Virus record (IMG/VR): IMGVR_UViG_3300029951_000013
Span: 1 to 64,000 of that record
Strand: one strand, 5' to 3'
Origin: a virus
Length of the DNA stretch: 64,000 bases
Below are positions 8,549 to 17,563 of this stretch, piece by piece (the stretch's first letter is position 1; the number at the start of each line of letters is the position of its first letter). The notes beneath the pieces are model-generated. The model worked only from the letters and a program-made list of their open reading frames with translations, was not told the origin of the DNA and ran no database searches. Made by a program: the position numbers and the translations under genes.

Positions 8549-10576
8549 ATGACTGCCAAGATCGTCAATCACGTCGAGGAGAAGGTCCGAGAGAACAGCG
8601 CGCCGTGGCTGACCTGCGCGGCAGCCATGCCCGTCGCCTTCGTCACGCACGCCGCCTGGGGTGGGGACCCGGCCATGCAGGACGTCATCGCCGCCAGCGT
8701 GCCGGTCATGGCGGGGTGGACCTACCACACCTGGAGCCGCCGCCACGAGCACACCCGGGCACTGGCCACGATCATCGCGGCCTCCGTCACCGGTTGGACG
8801 GCGCTGGCCACCTCCATCTCCCCGTGGACCCCCGGCATGGTGGATTCCTGGTTCATCGGGGGCACCCTGCTCAGCATCATGTGGAACACCCGGCACCTGG
8901 CCCACAAGCCCGCTGCCGAGAGCGACAGGACTTCGGCGCGCGAGGATGGCCTGACCGAGGCCGTAGGCGGCTCGTTGAAGGGCAGCAAGGTCCGCAACAT
9001 CAAGACCAAGCTGGGTCGCGTCGAAGCGGACATCCAGCTCAGCCCAGGTGAGACGGTCGACGGCGTCCAGATGGACAAGGGCCGGATCGCCTCCGTCGCC
9101 AAGGTGGGGACTGAGGAGGTCTCCGTCATCGGCGAGAGGGGCCGGGCCGACCGCCTCAAACTGGTCTTCCAGGCCAACAGCACTCTGGAGCGAGTGGTGC
9201 GCTGGAAAGGCCCGTCCGCTCCGGGGAAGTCCATCGCGGACGCCCCGCTACGGATCGGCGAGCGGGCCGACGGCAGTCCGCTGGAGCTGTGGATCGTCGG
9301 CAAGGACGACGACGAGGACCCCCGATCCCTCCCGCACACCCTGGTCACAGGCATGACAGGCTCCGGCAAGACTGAGACCGTCAAGACAGCGATCATCGAC
9401 ATGCGGTCCCGCACCGACGTGGTCCCGGTGGTCGGAGACCCGGCCAAGTTCGCCCAGTCCTTCGGCGAGATCGCCGACATGCTGGGTATCGCGGCCGTCA
9501 ACAAGCAGCAGTGCGCCCAGCTGATCCGGAACCTGCCCGGAACCATCGCCTACCGCGCCGAACTGCTGGGCAACCTGGTCCGCTCGGACGGCGGGATCGG
9601 CTATCCCCAGTGGGAGCCGGAGTGCTGGACCGAACACGGCATCCCGCTGGTGTTCATCGACATCGAGGAAGCCACCGACATGGTGGGCGAGGACATGGAC
9701 GAGCCGCTGCGGAAGGCGCGTTCGGTCGGACTCCCCCTATCGGTGTCCTTGCAGGTCGCGGTGTACCGCAACCTGGCCCGGGAGACCCGCGGCCAGTTCG
9801 CCAATGCCCTCGCGCACGGCTGCAAGGAAGACCTGGACGCCAAGTTCGCCCTGTCCTCGGCCACGCGTGAGGCGGGGGCCGACCCGACCAAGTGGGGCGC
9901 CGACAGCCCGGGCTCGCTGTACGCCGAGCTGATCGGCACGCCGGTCGAGAAGTGGCCGGTGGAGGCCCGGAACTACCGCTTGACCAGGGAGGAGAAGCAG
10001 GCGGAGAAGGAAGCCAGCCGGGCGACCTGGGCCACCCTCGACCCGGGAACCGCCATGGTCCTGGGTCGGGGCATCCCAATGCCGGACGCGAAGATCACCA
10101 CCATGCTGCCGCCGGTTCCGACCGACGTACCGGCCACGGCTTACCCGGCTGGAATGGCGATGCTGCACAGCCTGGCAGGGGGCACGGCTGAGGAGCCGGA
10201 AGAGCCCGCCACCGACCTGACCAGGGTCGACACCGAAGAAGGAGACATGGACATCACCCGGAAGCTGGCCCGGCCCACCGGGGAGCCGGTCGCCCTGTGC
10301 GGCCCCTCCGAGAAGGTGCGCATGACCACCGATGCCGCCCGCGCCCTGGTCGAGCAGCGGATCGACGTGCTGGAGGCCAGCAACCGGATGGAGGTCGGCT
10401 ACGACGACCTGGCCGACCTGGCCAGTCTGACCGGGCGCCGCCCTAACTGGGTCTACGACGAACTCCACCGGCTGGTCGAGTCGGGCCGCCTCAAGGAGGG
10501 CGCGAGCGCCAAGCCGCCGTACCTGATCTGCGGCAGCGGCAAGGTGCTCCAGTTCCAGGGCCACGGGTCACGGTGA
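8549..10576 (+). CDS. traB: TraB-like FtsK/SpoIIIE conjugative DNA translocase
   Basis: N-terminal TM helices; Walker A HTLVTGMTGSGKT; Walker B FIDIEEA; KARSVG..L.VSLQ; C-terminal wHTH. Confidence 0.85.
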   Translation: MTAKIVNHVEEKVRENSAPWLTCAAAMPVAFVTHAAWGGDPAMQDVIAASVPVMAGWTYHTWSRRHEHTRALATIIAASVTGWTALATSISPWTPGMVDSWFIGGTLLSIMWNTRHLAHKPAAESDRTSAREDGLTEAVGGSLKGSKVRNIKTKLGRVEADIQLSPGETVDGVQMDKGRIASVAKVGTEEVSVIGERGRADRLKLVFQANSTLERVVRWKGPSAPGKSIADAPLRIGERADGSPLELWIVGKDDDEDPRSLPHTLVTGMTGSGKTETVKTAIIDMRSRTDVVPVVGDPAKFAQSFGEIADMLGIAAVNKQQCAQLIRNLPGTIAYRAELLGNLVRSDGGIGYPQWEPECWTEHGIPLVFIDIEEATDMVGEDMDEPLRKARSVGLPLSVSLQVAVYRNLARETRGQFANALAHGCKEDLDAKFALSSATREAGADPTKWGADSPGSLYAELIGTPVEKWPVEARNYRLTREEKQAEKEASRATWATLDPGTAMVLGRGIPMPDAKITTMLPPVPTDVPATAYPAGMAMLHSLAGGTAEEPEEPATDLTRVDTEEGDMDITRKLARPTGEPVALCGPSEKVRMTTDAARALVEQRIDVLEASNRMEVGYDDLADLASLTGRRPNWVYDELHRLVESGRLKEGASAKPPYLICGSGKVLQFQGHGSR

Positions 10577-10814
10577 GTTGACGCCCTCTCGTACACGGCT
10601 CCGGTCGTGTTCGGGAGAGTGGCAATCCGCCACATATCCGGACATTACGGCACCGGAAACTGAACCAGTCTCGTTCAGGGACAAATGATCACAGACCAGG
10701 ATCTTACGGCGTGTCCGTTCGGTACGTCCGGAGCGCCGGAAACCGCCTCTGACCTTAGACAGTCATGTGTTTCCGTTCGATGCCGTGCGCCGAAACGGAG
10801 AGGACCGAACTTCC

Positions 10815-11027
10815 ATGATCCGCTTTCTTGCCGCAGCCGTCCACGGAGCCGCCGCTCTGGCGCTCCTGCTGATAGCCGCCGCAGCGCTGACCGCCATGAG
10901 CGCGGGCTGGGGCTTCCTCGCCCTGGCGCTGTGCGTCGTCTTCGCCGACCAGCTCCTGCTCTGGCCGCTGTGGGCCGCCACCGGCCGCGACCCGGGCTGG
11001 CACCCGGTACGCGGCTGGATCCGGTGA
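10815..11027 (+). CDS. Small membrane protein (Spd-like)
   Basis: Two hydrophobic segments; GAGAGG RBS; downstream of traB. Confidence 0.55.
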   Translation: MIRFLAAAVHGAAALALLLIAAAALTAMSAGWGFLALALCVVFADQLLLWPLWAATGRDPGWHPVRGWIR

Positions 11028-11155
11028 CGCGCTGGCGGCCCGACTCCCACAAGGGCGGCCGTCGGGCCTCCAAGGCGGGGATCTTCCTCGGCCGCACGAT
11101 CCTCGTCCTGTGCTTCGTCCTGCTCCCCTTCGTCCACCACTGAAAGGAACGACCC

Positions 11156-11662
11156 GTGACCACTGACCAGAACGCCGACCGCCTCCCGGTACGCACTGCC
11201 GACCCCGGCCCGCTGGCGCAGTTCGACCGGCGCGGCTTCCCGCTCCTGCCGCTGCCGGAGCCCGACGGGGTTATGAACGGCACCGGCCCGGAGCAGCACG
11301 TCCACATCCACCACCACTACGCCTCCGAGGCTCTGACACAGCAGCCGGTCCGATCGGACGACCAAGCGGGCTGGCTGCTGCTCAACCGGATGGCGCCGTA
11401 CTTCATCGCCGCCGCCCTGGTGGTCTTCCTCGTCGGCGGCGTCATCGCGGTTCTGGCCTACGTCTTCACCTTCGTCATGGCCGTGCTGGTCGTCCTGATT
11501 CACAGCCTGGTCGCTGTCACGGTCACCGCGGTCGTCGCCCTGGGCGGGGTCGCGCTGCTGGCCGGGGTCCTGCGGCCCCTGTTCACCGGCCCGAGCATTA
11601 CCGTGCAGGGGAGCAGGAACCGGGTCGACTCGGCCCCCCTGTCCCGGAACGGAGCGAAGTGA
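11156..11662 (+). CDS. Membrane protein (Spd-like)
   Basis: AAAGGA RBS; HVHIHHHY then a long hydrophobic stretch. Confidence 0.6.
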   Translation: MTTDQNADRLPVRTADPGPLAQFDRRGFPLLPLPEPDGVMNGTGPEQHVHIHHHYASEALTQQPVRSDDQAGWLLLNRMAPYFIAAALVVFLVGGVIAVLAYVFTFVMAVLVVLIHSLVAVTVTAVVALGGVALLAGVLRPLFTGPSITVQGSRNRVDSAPLSRNGAK

Positions 11663-12369
11663 CCGGAAGAATGATCGTGGTCGTCCCCACCCGGGGGCGG
11701 CCGGACAACGCGGCCCGCCAGCAGGAAGCCCTCCGGCTGGCGGGCACGTCCGTAGCGGACACCGTCTATGTCGTGGACCACGACGACCCGGCGGTCCTGG
11801 ACTACTGCCGTCTGGGACTGCCCAAGATCGACATTCTGGACAGCGGTCCGGGCGGGACAGGCATGGTCGCGGCCCTGAACGCCACGGCGGTGCGGTACGC
11901 CGACGCCTACGAAGCCGTCGGGTTCATGGGCGACGACCACCTCCCGCGCACCGCCGGCTGGGACGTGCGGATCCTGGAGGCGTTCGCGGCCGAGGTCCCC
12001 GGAGAGTGGAGTCCGGGGGTGGCCTACGGCAACGACCTGCTCCAGGGCGCGAACCTGCCGACGGCCGCATTCCTCCCGTCCATGGTGGTCAGCGCCCTCG
12101 GCTACATGGCGCCGCCTGTGCTGAAGCACCTCTATGTCGATAATTTCTGGATGGAGTTGGGCCGACGGCTCAGCGGCCTGACCTACCTGGACGACGTCGT
12201 GATCGAGCACATGCACCCGATCGCCAACAAGGGCGCCTGGGACGCGGGGTATACCCGGGTCAACGCCTCGGCCGTCGACACCGCCGACCGGCTGGCTTGG
12301 GAGCAGTTCCGCGACAACGGCGGGATGGACGCGGCCGTGGCCCGGATCCGGGGGGTGTACGGACTGTGA
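11659..12369 (+). CDS. Glycosyltransferase family 2
   Basis: VVVPTRGRP, VVDHDD, FMGDD, YVDN and IEHMH motifs. Confidence 0.85.
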   Translation: MTGRMIVVVPTRGRPDNAARQQEALRLAGTSVADTVYVVDHDDPAVLDYCRLGLPKIDILDSGPGGTGMVAALNATAVRYADAYEAVGFMGDDHLPRTAGWDVRILEAFAAEVPGEWSPGVAYGNDLLQGANLPTAAFLPSMVVSALGYMAPPVLKHLYVDNFWMELGRRLSGLTYLDDVVIEHMHPIANKGAWDAGYTRVNASAVDTADRLAWEQFRDNGGMDAAVARIRGVYGL

Positions 12370-12962
12370 GCAGCGCGACTGTCTCCGTAGTGATCCCGAC
12401 CATCGCACCGCGCCGGGCCCTGCTGGACCGGGCGGTCGAGAGCGCGCAGCTCCAGACGCTCGGACGCGATGCCGTGGACATCATCGTGGTCGAGGACAAG
12501 CAGCACCTGGGTGCTGCGGCTACGCGGAACCGGGGGCTCAGCTTCGCTGAGACGCCGTGGACCGCCTTCCTGGACGACGACGACACCCTAGAGCCCGAGC
12601 ACCTGGAGAAGCTGCTGGCCTATGCGCAGCGCCTCGACGCCGACCTGGTGTACCCCTGGTTCCACCTGCCGAACGGCACGGACCCGTTCCCGGACCGGTT
12701 CGGGGTGCCGTTCGACGCCGCCGAGCTGGCCCGGCGGAACTACATCCCGGTCACCGTGCTGGCCAGGACCGTGGCGATCCAGGCTGTGGGCGGCTTCCGA
12801 GCGCTCAATACGTCTACGGAGCCCGGGGCCTCCCCCTGTGAGGATTGGGGCTGTTGGCAAGCCATGCTTGCGGCCGAGGCGCGGTTCGTCCACCTGCCGG
12901 AGCGCACCTGGACCTGGAACTGGCACGGCAGGAACACCAGTGGAAGGGGTGATCGGTGGTGA
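12366..12962 (+). CDS. Glycosyltransferase family 2
   Basis: VSVVIPTI, TRNRGL, FLDDDD, EDW; paralogous to 5127-5774. Confidence 0.85.
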   Translation: MSSATVSVVIPTIAPRRALLDRAVESAQLQTLGRDAVDIIVVEDKQHLGAAATRNRGLSFAETPWTAFLDDDDTLEPEHLEKLLAYAQRLDADLVYPWFHLPNGTDPFPDRFGVPFDAAELARRNYIPVTVLARTVAIQAVGGFRALNTSTEPGASPCEDWGCWQAMLAAEARFVHLPERTWTWNWHGRNTSGRGDRW

Positions 12963-13065
12963 GGACGCTTATCTTCCGCTGGTTCGTCTGCCCGCTGATC
13001 GGCCACGGCCCGGTGATCGACCCGTTCGCCTCGTCCACCTGCCGGGACTGCCTCAGGAGGTTCAG

Positions 13066-13992
13066 ATGAAGGCCCTGGTCTTGGGCGACAAGGGGTTCCT
13101 CGGCCGCCACTTCGCCGCCGAGCTGGAGCGGTGCGGCTACGACGTCGTCGGCCTGGACACCAAGCGCAGCCCGGCGCAGGACTGCCGGCCCTGGTTCAAC
13201 TCCAGTGCGGCGGCACGGGCCGGGTACTTCGACCTGGTCGTCCACGCGGCGGCGGTCGTCGGCGGCCGGGCGAAGATCGACGGTACTCCGCTGGCCACGG
13301 CGGTGAACCTGAGCATCGACGCCGAGATGTTCCGATGGGCAAGCCTCGCGCGGCCGGGCCGGGTGGTCTACTTCTCCTCTTCGGCCGCCTACCCGGTCGA
13401 CTATCAGACTGAGCACGGCCACAAGCTGCTGTACGAGCACGCGCTGAACACCAGGGACCATCCGGAGTACACCGTCGGGTACCCGGACCAGGTGTACGGC
13501 TGGACCAAGGTCGTCGGCGAAGTGCTGGCCGGGAAGCTGCGCGAGGCTGGTGTCCCGGTCACCGTGGTCCGGCCGTTCTCCGGCTACGGCACCGACCAGG
13601 ACGACGACTACCCGTTCCCGTCGTTCATCCGACGGGCGCGCGAACGGGGCCGGGCCGACGGCGGAGTGTTCCGGATCTGGGGCGACGGCGGGCAGGTGCG
13701 CGACTTCATCCACGTGGACGACATCGTGGCCCGGACGCTGGCGGTAGCCGAGGACGGCGCGGCGGAGCCGGTCAACCTGTGCACTGGGCGGGCGGTCAGC
13801 TTCAACCAGCTGGCCCTGGTCGTCTGCCAGGAGGCCGGCTGGGACGACCCGGAGTACACACACCTGCTGGACGCGCCGGTCGGAGTCCGGTACCGGGTGG
13901 GCGACCCGTCCCGGATGCGGCGGCTGACGGGCGACTCCCCGTTGATCAGTCTGGAGACTGGCATACGCCGGGCGCTGGACGCCAGCTCCTGA
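13066..13992 (+). CDS. NAD-dependent nucleotide-sugar epimerase/dehydratase
   Basis: GDKGFLG, SSSAAY, YGWTK, IWGDG.QVRDFIHVDD; AGGAGG RBS. Confidence 0.9.
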   Translation: MKALVLGDKGFLGRHFAAELERCGYDVVGLDTKRSPAQDCRPWFNSSAAARAGYFDLVVHAAAVVGGRAKIDGTPLATAVNLSIDAEMFRWASLARPGRVVYFSSSAAYPVDYQTEHGHKLLYEHALNTRDHPEYTVGYPDQVYGWTKVVGEVLAGKLREAGVPVTVVRPFSGYGTDQDDDYPFPSFIRRARERGRADGGVFRIWGDGGQVRDFIHVDDIVARTLAVAEDGAAEPVNLCTGRAVSFNQLALVVCQEAGWDDPEYTHLLDAPVGVRYRVGDPSRMRRLTGDSPLISLETGIRRALDASS

Positions 13993-14004
13993 ACGCCGCT
14001 CTAT

Positions 14005-14037
14005 CGAACCCCCGACCCCTCCTGGGCCGGGGGTTCG
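14005..14037 (+). terminator. Stem-loop terminator candidate
   Basis: CGAACCCCCG...CGGGGGTTCG just after the epimerase stop. Confidence 0.55.
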
Positions 14038-14144
14038 CGCATGCCTTGACACCGCATCGAATTCCGAGCAGGCCCGGCGGAGAATCGTCCCGATAGAGTC
14101 TCTTCGCCCGGAAGCCTAAAGAATCTTGATATATCCCTATCGTT

Positions 14145-14217
14145 GCAGCTCAGAGCGTTGCAGTTGGGTTGACGGCTTCATTGGGTCATGAGATAGTTAA
14201 ATCAAGCAAGAGAGAAC
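14145..14217 (+). promoter_or_regulatory. Strong sigma70/HrdB-type promoter, copy 1 of a 73-bp direct repeat
   Basis: TTGACG(14169)-17-GATAGT(14192); 72/73 identical to 17299-17371. Confidence 0.8.
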
Positions 14218-14246
14218 AAAACGAACACCGACCAAAGGAGAGCCCG

Positions 14247-14768
14247 ATGAGCACTTACGAGATCACTGTCAACTACACGTTCGACAGCGCTTCCAAGACC
14301 GTCGTGTACGCGACCAACGCCGAGAGCATCAACGAGGCCGAGCAGAAGATCTCCGCAGACTTCACCCGCACGCACATCGCCGGAATCGAGTTCACGACCT
14401 CCTCCCGCTTCATGCCCGAGTTCGCCGCAGTCCCCAGTACTGCCCGTCAGATCGAGTCCGGGATGCGCATCGACCTGACCGGGACCGACTCCGCCTCCCC
14501 CGCGCGTGACTCCGGGATCGACCGTCGCATCGTCCGCAGTGTGCGACAGGGACGCAAGTACACCTATCTGACTCTCGCGAACTACTCGATCGTGCGTCTG
14601 CTGCTCGACGCCCCCGTGAACACTCTGATCGAGACCCAGTTCTGCTCCGAGTGCACCGCAGAGCTTCCCGTCACCGAGATGACCCACGACGACGAGAACG
14701 ACCTGTACTTCTGCGCCGCTCCCGACAACGACCGCCCGTTCTGCGCTGACCTTCCTGCGAGCGTCTGA
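14247..14768 (+). CDS. Hypothetical early protein (SH3-like segment and C-terminal Cys cluster)
   Basis: AAAGGAG RBS; first gene after the promoter. Confidence 0.7.
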   Translation: MSTYEITVNYTFDSASKTVVYATNAESINEAEQKISADFTRTHIAGIEFTTSSRFMPEFAAVPSTARQIESGMRIDLTGTDSASPARDSGIDRRIVRSVRQGRKYTYLTLANYSIVRLLLDAPVNTLIETQFCSECTAELPVTEMTHDDENDLYFCAAPDNDRPFCADLPASV

Positions 14769-14779
14769 CCCGCACACAG

Positions 14780-15080
14780 CCCCGCGTCGTGAACCCGACG
14801 TAGCCGCGAAAGCAGCGCGAGGCACTTGATCAACAGCCAGAAAGAAAGTCGCCGGCGACAGAGAGCCGGACATCGCAGAGATAAGGCCCCCGAAAAGGCT
14901 AAGGCTGCGAGGGACGGGAGAGCCGGCGAACCCGGTAGGCGTCCATGAAGAACAGCGCGACCGGCCGACGACGTAGCGAGCGTCCGCCGAGGGAGACCAG
15001 CAACCTCCTGAACCACCGTTGCACGACCTGCGACAGACTCCCGCCCGAGGCGTATCGAGCCCGGCGGTTCCGAGTGTCGC
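14780..15080 (+). ncRNA. Putative large multi-branched structured RNA
   Basis: Many nested stems with purine-rich loops; no RBS-led ORF. Confidence 0.5.
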
Positions 15081-15089
15081 CCGCACCAA

Positions 15090-15141
15090 GCCCCTGGACA
15101 CGCCGCGAGGGTGCCCGATCGAATCGAGCCCGGGGCACGCA
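15090..15141 (+). ncRNA. Minimal tRNA-like element
   Basis: GCCCCTG/CCGGGGC stem; GCCCG-ATCGAAT-CGAGC T-arm; ends A-CGCA. Confidence 0.4.
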
Positions 15142-15170
15142 CCGACCGACCACTGACCAAGGAGCAGACC

Positions 15171-15344
15171 ATGAAGGCACGCAAGGGGTGGAAGGCGATC
15201 GACAGCACCGGGACCAGCGGGTTCGGCGACTGCCCGAAGTGGGCTGAGGTGTGCCGCAGGGGCGGCATGACCGTGGTCCCGGTCCGGATCTACGGCAAGG
15301 GCGCGTGGCCCTGCGGATCCTGCCTCTACGGCCTCGTCCACTGA
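15171..15344 (+). CDS. Small Cys-containing hypothetical protein
   Basis: Start-associated motif plus AAGGAG RBS. Confidence 0.65.
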   Translation: MKARKGWKAIDSTGTSGFGDCPKWAEVCRRGGMTVVPVRIYGKGAWPCGSCLYGLVH

Positions 15345-15348
15345 ACCG

Positions 15349-15558
15349 GTGAGCTACCCCGGCATGTTCGACGCCTCGTCCCGGACCGTGCGCGAGGTCC
15401 GGCCCGGGATGCACGTCGACCTTCCCCGCCTCGGCCGCGTCCGCATCGCTGACGTGGACCACCGGCGCAGCCGCAGTGCCTCCTACCTCACGCTGGCGAA
15501 CGGCGAGACTGTCCGTCTCGCGTCCAGCCGCCGCGTTACCGTTCTGTCCGACCACTGA
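15349..15558 (+). CDS. Small SH3-like hypothetical protein
   Basis: Shares GM..DL...YLTLAN...VRL with 14247-14768. Confidence 0.55.
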   Translation: MSYPGMFDASSRTVREVRPGMHVDLPRLGRVRIADVDHRRSRSASYLTLANGETVRLASSRRVTVLSDH

Positions 15559-15598
15559 CCCGCCCCGCCTTTGCACGTCCTCGACCAAGGAGCAGTCC

Positions 15599-15946
15599 AT
15601 GCGTATCACCCAGAGCCTCGTCCGAGAGATCGCCGACCACGCCGAGAAGTTCACCGGTGGCCGGTTCCGGATGCAGGCCATCGGCGGCGACATCGGGTAC
15701 GGCACCCGCTACATCGACGGTGTCGAACAGCTGGTCTGGCTCGGCAAGCACGGCAGTCGCGAAGCCGCCGCCTACTACATCGGCGCGATGCTCGGCTGGG
15801 CCCGGGAGACCGGGACGATGATTCCCGACGACGTCCGCCGCCTGTGCCAGTCCGTCCAGGATGAGTACCGTCGTACGCCCTCCGCTGAGCGCGAGGAGGA
15901 GCGCGGACGCGAGACCGCCGGGTACAGGGCTCAGTCCCGCCGCTGA
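15599..15946 (+). CDS. Hypothetical protein
   Basis: CGACCAAGGAG RBS. Confidence 0.7.
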   Translation: MRITQSLVREIADHAEKFTGGRFRMQAIGGDIGYGTRYIDGVEQLVWLGKHGSREAAAYYIGAMLGWARETGTMIPDDVRRLCQSVQDEYRRTPSAEREEERGRETAGYRAQSRR

Positions 15947-16068
15947 CCGATCCAGCCGCCGCTCATCGACTGACCCAGGAGAACTGACCATGGCACAGAG
16001 CGCGCTAACCCGTTGTCAGTGCCCTCTGGCACCGTGAGACCGACGACCATCCGACCGAGGAGCACAGA

Positions 16069-16401
16069 ATGATCACTACCAGTTACGGCAGCTGGAACAA
16101 CCACACCCGCTACAACACGAGCCCGGGTGCGGACATCCTCGACGTCGTCAACGGCGGCGGCAGCGAGTGGGTGGAGCGCATGCAGGCCAGCGGTGCCCTC
16201 GACGCGGTCGAGACCGAGTGGCGCGCAGCCATCCAGGCCGCGCTGCCCGAGGGCGTCACGCTGATCGGGGACGAGTTCATCGGCCCGCACTCCTCCGACC
16301 CGGCGTACACCGAGGCGATCCGGGAGAGCGACTTCAAGGAGATCATCGACGGCATCGACCTGAACGCGATCATCGAGCGCCACGACGTCGACAACGCCTG
16401 A
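16069..16401 (+). CDS. Acidic hypothetical protein
   Basis: GAGGAG RBS; typical codon bias. Confidence 0.7.
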   Translation: MITTSYGSWNNHTRYNTSPGADILDVVNGGGSEWVERMQASGALDAVETEWRAAIQAALPEGVTLIGDEFIGPHSSDPAYTEAIRESDFKEIIDGIDLNAIIERHDVDNA

Positions 16402-16490
16402 CCGGCCAGTCCCGCGCCGTGCACTACGGCGTACGCAGCGAAGCAGCGCGGGGCACGCAAGATCCGACCACCGACCGGGGAGTACCGACC

Positions 16491-16718
16491 ATGCTGAATG
16501 TCGTCCAGGACACCCACTCGTACGACCCGTCCTCGAAGCACGCTTATTTCGAGGAAGCTGGCGTCACGTTCGAAGTCCGGTTCACCGTGGGCATTGGGTA
16601 CCCCGGCTCCGTTAAGGCGCTGCACCCCTACGAGCACCTCGGGATGATCGACTGGGGCGACGAAAGCCGTGCCCGAGAACTCGCACGCACCTACCTGGCT
16701 GCTCGCTCCACGCACTGA
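16491..16718 (+). CDS. Hypothetical protein
   Basis: Start-associated motif plus GGGGAG RBS. Confidence 0.6.
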   Translation: MLNVVQDTHSYDPSSKHAYFEEAGVTFEVRFTVGIGYPGSVKALHPYEHLGMIDWGDESRARELARTYLAARSTH

Positions 16719-16755
16719 CCTGTTCGACCCGACCACCGACCAAGGAGTATCGACC

Positions 16756-17211
16756 ATGCAGACCCAGATCACCGACGACCTGCTGACCAAGTCCGTCCGG
16801 GCCATCACCCTGCGCGCGCCGTGGTCCGACTTGACCGCGCTGCGCGTCAAGGGGATTGAGAACCGAAGCTGGAGCACCAACTACCGCGGCCTGGTCCTAC
16901 TGCACTCCGGGCTCGCGGTCGACCGCCTGGCGTTCCGTGAAGCGCACGTGACCGCAGCGCTGCCCGCCGGCTACGACCCCGCGGCCAACGCCGGACGCGT
17001 CCTCTCCCTGAACCAGCTGGTCGACGTACACAAGGACACGGGCTGCTGCCGCCCGTGGGGCGAGGCCGGCGCCTACCACTTCGTCTGGGGGGAGGTCGTC
17101 CCGCTGCCCCGGCCGGTGCGCACCCGGGGCTTCCAGCAGCTGTGGATCCCCAAGGCGGACCTGCTGCTGGGCATCGTCGCCGAGACCGAGCGCGCCCGGC
17201 GCACCGCCTGA
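16756..17211 (+). CDS. ASCH-domain protein
   Basis: AITLRAPW......KGIENRSWST.YRG.VLLH and RGFQQLW motifs. Confidence 0.85.
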   Translation: MQTQITDDLLTKSVRAITLRAPWSDLTALRVKGIENRSWSTNYRGLVLLHSGLAVDRLAFREAHVTAALPAGYDPAANAGRVLSLNQLVDVHKDTGCCRPWGEAGAYHFVWGEVVPLPRPVRTRGFQQLWIPKADLLLGIVAETERARRTA

Positions 17212-17231
17212 CGCCGCATCGACGGTGCAGT

Positions 17232-17267
17232 GCCCCGAGACCGCTCCGGTGGTTTCGGGGCTTTCTT
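17232..17267 (+). terminator. Intrinsic terminator
   Basis: GCCCCGAGACC...GGTTTCGGGGC followed by TTTCTT. Confidence 0.75.
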
Positions 17268-17298
17268 GCTTAAAGAATCATGGACTTTCTGTAAAGTA

Positions 17299-17371
17299 GC
17301 AGCTCAGAGCGTTGCAGTTGGATTGACGGCTTCATTGGGTCATGAGATAGTTAAATCAAGCAAGAGAGAAC
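17299..17371 (+). promoter_or_regulatory. Strong promoter, copy 2 of the 73-bp direct repeat
   Basis: TTGACG(17323)-17-GATAGT(17346). Confidence 0.8.
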
Positions 17372-17431
17372 GAACGCAAGACCCAGAGCGAACGGGAGGC
17401 ATCCGTGAATCGGGTGCTGAACGAAGCGCCA

Positions 17432-17454
17432 CTCCTTGAGAACTGAACAGCGCG
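17432..17454 (+). promoter_or_regulatory. rrn-leader boxA-like element
   Basis: CTCCTTGAGAACTGAACAGCG resembles, from memory, the actinobacterial rRNA leader motif TTCCTTGAGAACTCAACAGCG. Confidence 0.6.
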
Positions 17455-17563
17455 TCCTTCCTCACCGAAGCGACAAAGACCGGACGTAGCGAGCCGGTCA
17501 GTCCGAAGTAGGTCCCCGGGGCGCGTGAGCCTGCACAACCGACCACCGACCAAGGAGAACCGC

